Of a stretch of DNA of 64,000 nt, positions 60,904-64,000 are shown piece after piece. The translations under genes and the position numbers were made by a program. A model generated the notes under the pieces. The model was not told the origin of the DNA. It worked only from the letters and a program-made list of their open reading frames with translations, and searched no databases. Every line of letters begins with the position of its first letter. Position 1 is the stretch's first letter. Origin of the DNA: Macrostomum lignano (Eukaryota). The stretch covers positions 197,442-261,441 of the forward strand of contig NIVC01001604.1 of NCBI GenBank assembly GCA_002269645.1, in the 5' to 3' direction.

Positions 60904-61558
60904 TAGGGATTGCAATCCCGAATCCCGGGATCCCGGACACTTTTTGGCCTGACGGAATCCCGGGAAACTTTTTTGATAAAGTGGGTGATATCCAGGAAAT
61001 CATGAGTCGTGATCGTGACGTGACTCTTGATTCTCGAATCGTGATACAATACAAATTATACACAATACATACAATACATGCGAGTCTCAAACTTGTGTTG
61101 TGTTTGTGTATTTGACTACTTGTGTTACTTGTGTAACTTGTGAGGTTGTGTAACTTTGTGTTATGTACATAAAAGCATTGAAAAATGACTGGGAGATAAT
61201 TTTGCATGCATGTATTACGATTACGAGCTCGTAAGTTACAAGTGTAGAAAATAACAAAACAAGAAAAGAAACCATTATATATTAGATAATAGATACTCGG
61301 TAATGCTGTCAAGTCGAGAAATATAAAATATATTACACACTATTACTGCATTACACACTCGTGTTCTCGTTTTTTAGTAAAATCAAATAGAAAAGTTACT
61401 ACTTTTAAAAAAACGTTTAAAAAAGCGGGTTTTCTGGCATTCTATCGGCCAAAATATTTAAAATGCCAATCCCGGGATTGGGTCCGGGATCCCGGGATTG
61501 AGTCATTGCTTCGTCCGGGATCCCAGGATCGTAGAACAGCCGGGATTTGCAATCCCTA
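60904..61558. mobile_element. Non-autonomous hAT element (655 bp)
   Basis: TIRs TAGGGATTGCAA / TTGCAATCCCTA, subterminal CCGGGATCCCGG motifs, perfect 8-bp TSD GCTGAGAC at 60896-60903 and 61559-61566. Confidence 0.92.
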
Positions 61559-61810
61559 GCTGAGACCCGGGCCGAAGGGACTGGTGGCAGCACTACCTAC
61601 GCAACCAAGAAGGCTTCCACTTAAAGCAGACGGAGAGCCCAGAACACTGCTAGCGCAGCCTGAGAAGCACGGGCACAACATTGGTGGCAGCTGTGGGATT
61701 TGAATACTTACCAGGCCTCCCCGGGACAACGCTGACCCCAAAGAAGAAGACCAACAGTACAACACTTGCTCAAAGGACACAAATCGTTCCGAGGAAGACA
61801 TAGACAAGTT

Positions 61811-62235
61811 ATATAGTATTTGTCATGCTATCTCAGCCTAGAGACATCCAAACTCAGCCAGCCCATCTCAACAGTGCGATTTTTTACGTAAGCCAGTCAA
61901 GTTTTACCATAGACATGCTTCTTAAAGCCATGCTATCTCAGCCTGGGACATGCAATCTCAGCCACTTTTCAGATTCTTACTGACTTTTCTTGCTGCGTTC
62001 ATTCATTGCTGTTTGTTGCCATTTCATGTCACGTTACAGAAATGATAGCATTGAGATCTGTTTGCAATTGAAATCTATATTGGCTGAGATTGCATGTCCC
62101 AGGCTGAGATAGCATGGCCTTAAGAAGCATGTCTATGGTAAAACTCGACTAGCTCGAGCCAAAAAAACGCATTGCGGAATGGGGCTGGCTGAGTTTGGAT
62201 GTCCCTAGGCTGAGATAGCATGACAAAAGCTATAT
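61811..62235. mobile_element. Foldback MITE with ~154-bp inverted arms
   Basis: Arm 61811-61964 (TTTGTCATGCTATCTCAGCCTAG...TGCAATCTCAGCCA) is the reverse complement of 62081-62235; about 116-bp spacer. Confidence 0.85.
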
Positions 62236-63488
62236 TAGAACGGTAGAGAGAAGCATATAAAAAATTATTATAGCGGCAGTGAGAAAGCTTCTAACGAAGG
62301 TTTCAGGGGTGCGTTGCCGTCATATCGAAGTAACTCACCAATATTATCTCAGCTAAGTCTGGGTTGAGCTATATGTAGATTGGAAGTTCTAGTGCAGACT
62401 GACCGCAGACTGTAAATGTACAAGAAAATCACTCCTACAGTGATCTTCCTTTTGATCGTGCAGAAATGCTTCGTTATGATCATGAAGTGTGCAAGAAATG
62501 GAGATAGATCACGCTAGATTAATAAAATACATGTAAGAATGCACTGCATAGCACACTATAAACACTTTCTCGCTCACAGTGTATGTATGTGTATTGGAAT
62601 TCAAGCATACCTGAGTCCCATAATTCATAGTACCCATTTCAATAGAATGGTTTTTGCACCTGCTGAAAATTTTATACAAAAAGAATAATAGCAAAGAAGC
62701 AAGCAAACTTCTGCAGAGTTTCTAGCTCGTAGCAAACAGTGCTAGGTAATCGTAGACTGTAGAGCTACCGTTTCAACTGCTGCATTTAATGAATTGATTT
62801 GAACCCTTGTAAGAATTCAGACAAGCTTGCATTTGAGCTTTGGACCTCAAGAAAGCATGACTTGGCATATAAGCAATATGCGATTACAGTGAGGTCTTAG
62901 TCTAACTATTTCCGAGGTAGCGCTGTTGTGAGTGCATGTCGCAATCAACAGCTATCAGGGAATTCGTCTTGACTGAAGCTCTACTGCTATGAGGGCGGCA
63001 TCTTTAAGCTCATTGAAGGAACAAACGCAAACGCTGTCTGAGATAAGCGCCTGGTCTATAATCAGCACTTTGCTCGCTCTCATCGAGTATACAAGAGTAT
63101 AGCTAGTCAGAAGGGGCAGAACGGAATAGGGCTCTTGAGGTCGGACCTTCACAGTTTCTCCTTTCGGGACAGTCGAGTGCAGTGAGCGCGAGTGAGTTCC
63201 CTTCCTTCTAGCTCTCTTCTCGCTTTACTCCCTCAACTGTGCGCAACTTGAGTACAGCTTGAGACGAAAGTACGCCCTCACTGGATTTCTCTCTCGCTTC
63301 CCTCGTGTCCAACAGCTTTCCAACAGCCCCAACTCCAAGGCCCCCTAGAGGCAAAGCATAAAATCAGAATCTCTATCCACTTTATCCACTTTTCCAAGTA
63401 TCAGGTCAGCTCAAAGCTTTCTTTTCCCGGAGACACCAAAACTATCTCGTGTCAAGAACCATGCCGTCGCCAGTAGCAGCAGCCGCAG

Positions 63489-63727
63489 TCCTACCAAACT
63501 GCGGGGAGCCTGCACGAGCAGTTCTACAGGCAAGCTCACTGACTCCAGACGAGTCGCCGTTTCGGACGGAGCTGGACGGCAACTCACCTACGCGGAGCTG
63601 GATCAACTGTCCAGCAAACTGGCCGCCGAGCTCCGGCTGAAGGGTCTGGATGTGGAGCTCTGCGGCATCATTTACATGGAGAGATGCATCGAGTATGTGG
63701 TGGCTTACATTGCCATACTCAAAGCCG
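63489..63727 (+). pseudogene. 5' exon of an NRPS-type adenylation (A) domain gene with two apparent 1-nt frameshifts; remainder outside window
   Basis: Three successive frames give SYQTAGSLHEQFYRQA / LTPD / RVAVSDGAGRQLTYAELDQLSSKLAAELRLKGL..IYMERCIEYVVAYIAILKAG, then donor G|GTCAGT at 63728. LTYAEL is A-domain motif A1 and ILKAG the start of A2. Could be a pseudogene or an assembly indel error. Confidence 0.75.
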
Positions 63728-64000
63728 GTCAGTTACTCGACTAAATATCGTCTTTCATTCTCCATACGGATTTGATGACTGCGCATTATCAGTTGAAGCT
63801 GACGAAAGATTTAAGACCAGTGTGGATGGTCTATGCAGGCCCAAATTTGGAAAGCGTCCTTTTCAGGTAACTGACAGACTACATGAAGTAACTGGGTCAA
63901 GCAGCTCAAGCTTACAAAGCCTGCGTGTTCGTGAGCAGGAATATGGCGTACGTGTTACCCTGTAGGTGTAGAAGACGTACGTGTAAAATCAGACACAACG

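Noticed and set aside
63730-64000. Candidate next NRPS exon
   Set aside because: Acceptors at about 63867 and 63965 lead to a stop or to sequence lacking the expected AYxP motif.

Overview
Eukaryotic (metazoan) genomic DNA. GC-rich exons, introns filled with minisatellites and long GATA/GACA microsatellites suggest a free-living flatworm such as Macrostomum (inference only). I spliced the genes by hand using GT/AG sites and reading-frame phase. Left to right: (1) an intact-looking Ty3/gypsy pol with PPT and a 128-bp 3' LTR, inserted antisense in an intron of (2) a minus-strand PTK7/off-track-like receptor (signal peptide, 7 Ig domains, TM, start of kinase domain; 12 exons, 16279 to 2905, continuing off the left edge); (3) a Harbinger deletion derivative with TIRs and CTG TSD; (4) a degenerate second gypsy; (5) an inverted partial copy of an nAChR exon; (6) a two-exon gene for an unrecognised secreted 466-aa protein made of two tandem copies of one domain; (7) a minus-strand nicotinic acetylcholine receptor alpha subunit; (8) a minus-strand strawberry-notch (SBNO)-like SF2 helicase whose tail carries two PIP-box-like motifs and a UBZ-like zinc finger; (9) a strongly CpG-depleted AT-rich block, an hAT MITE with 8-bp TSD and a foldback MITE; (10) a frameshifted 5' exon of an NRPS-type adenylation domain at the right edge. 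Most long ORFs in the supplied track are translated minisatellites. Repeat boundaries are approximate and counts were made by eye.
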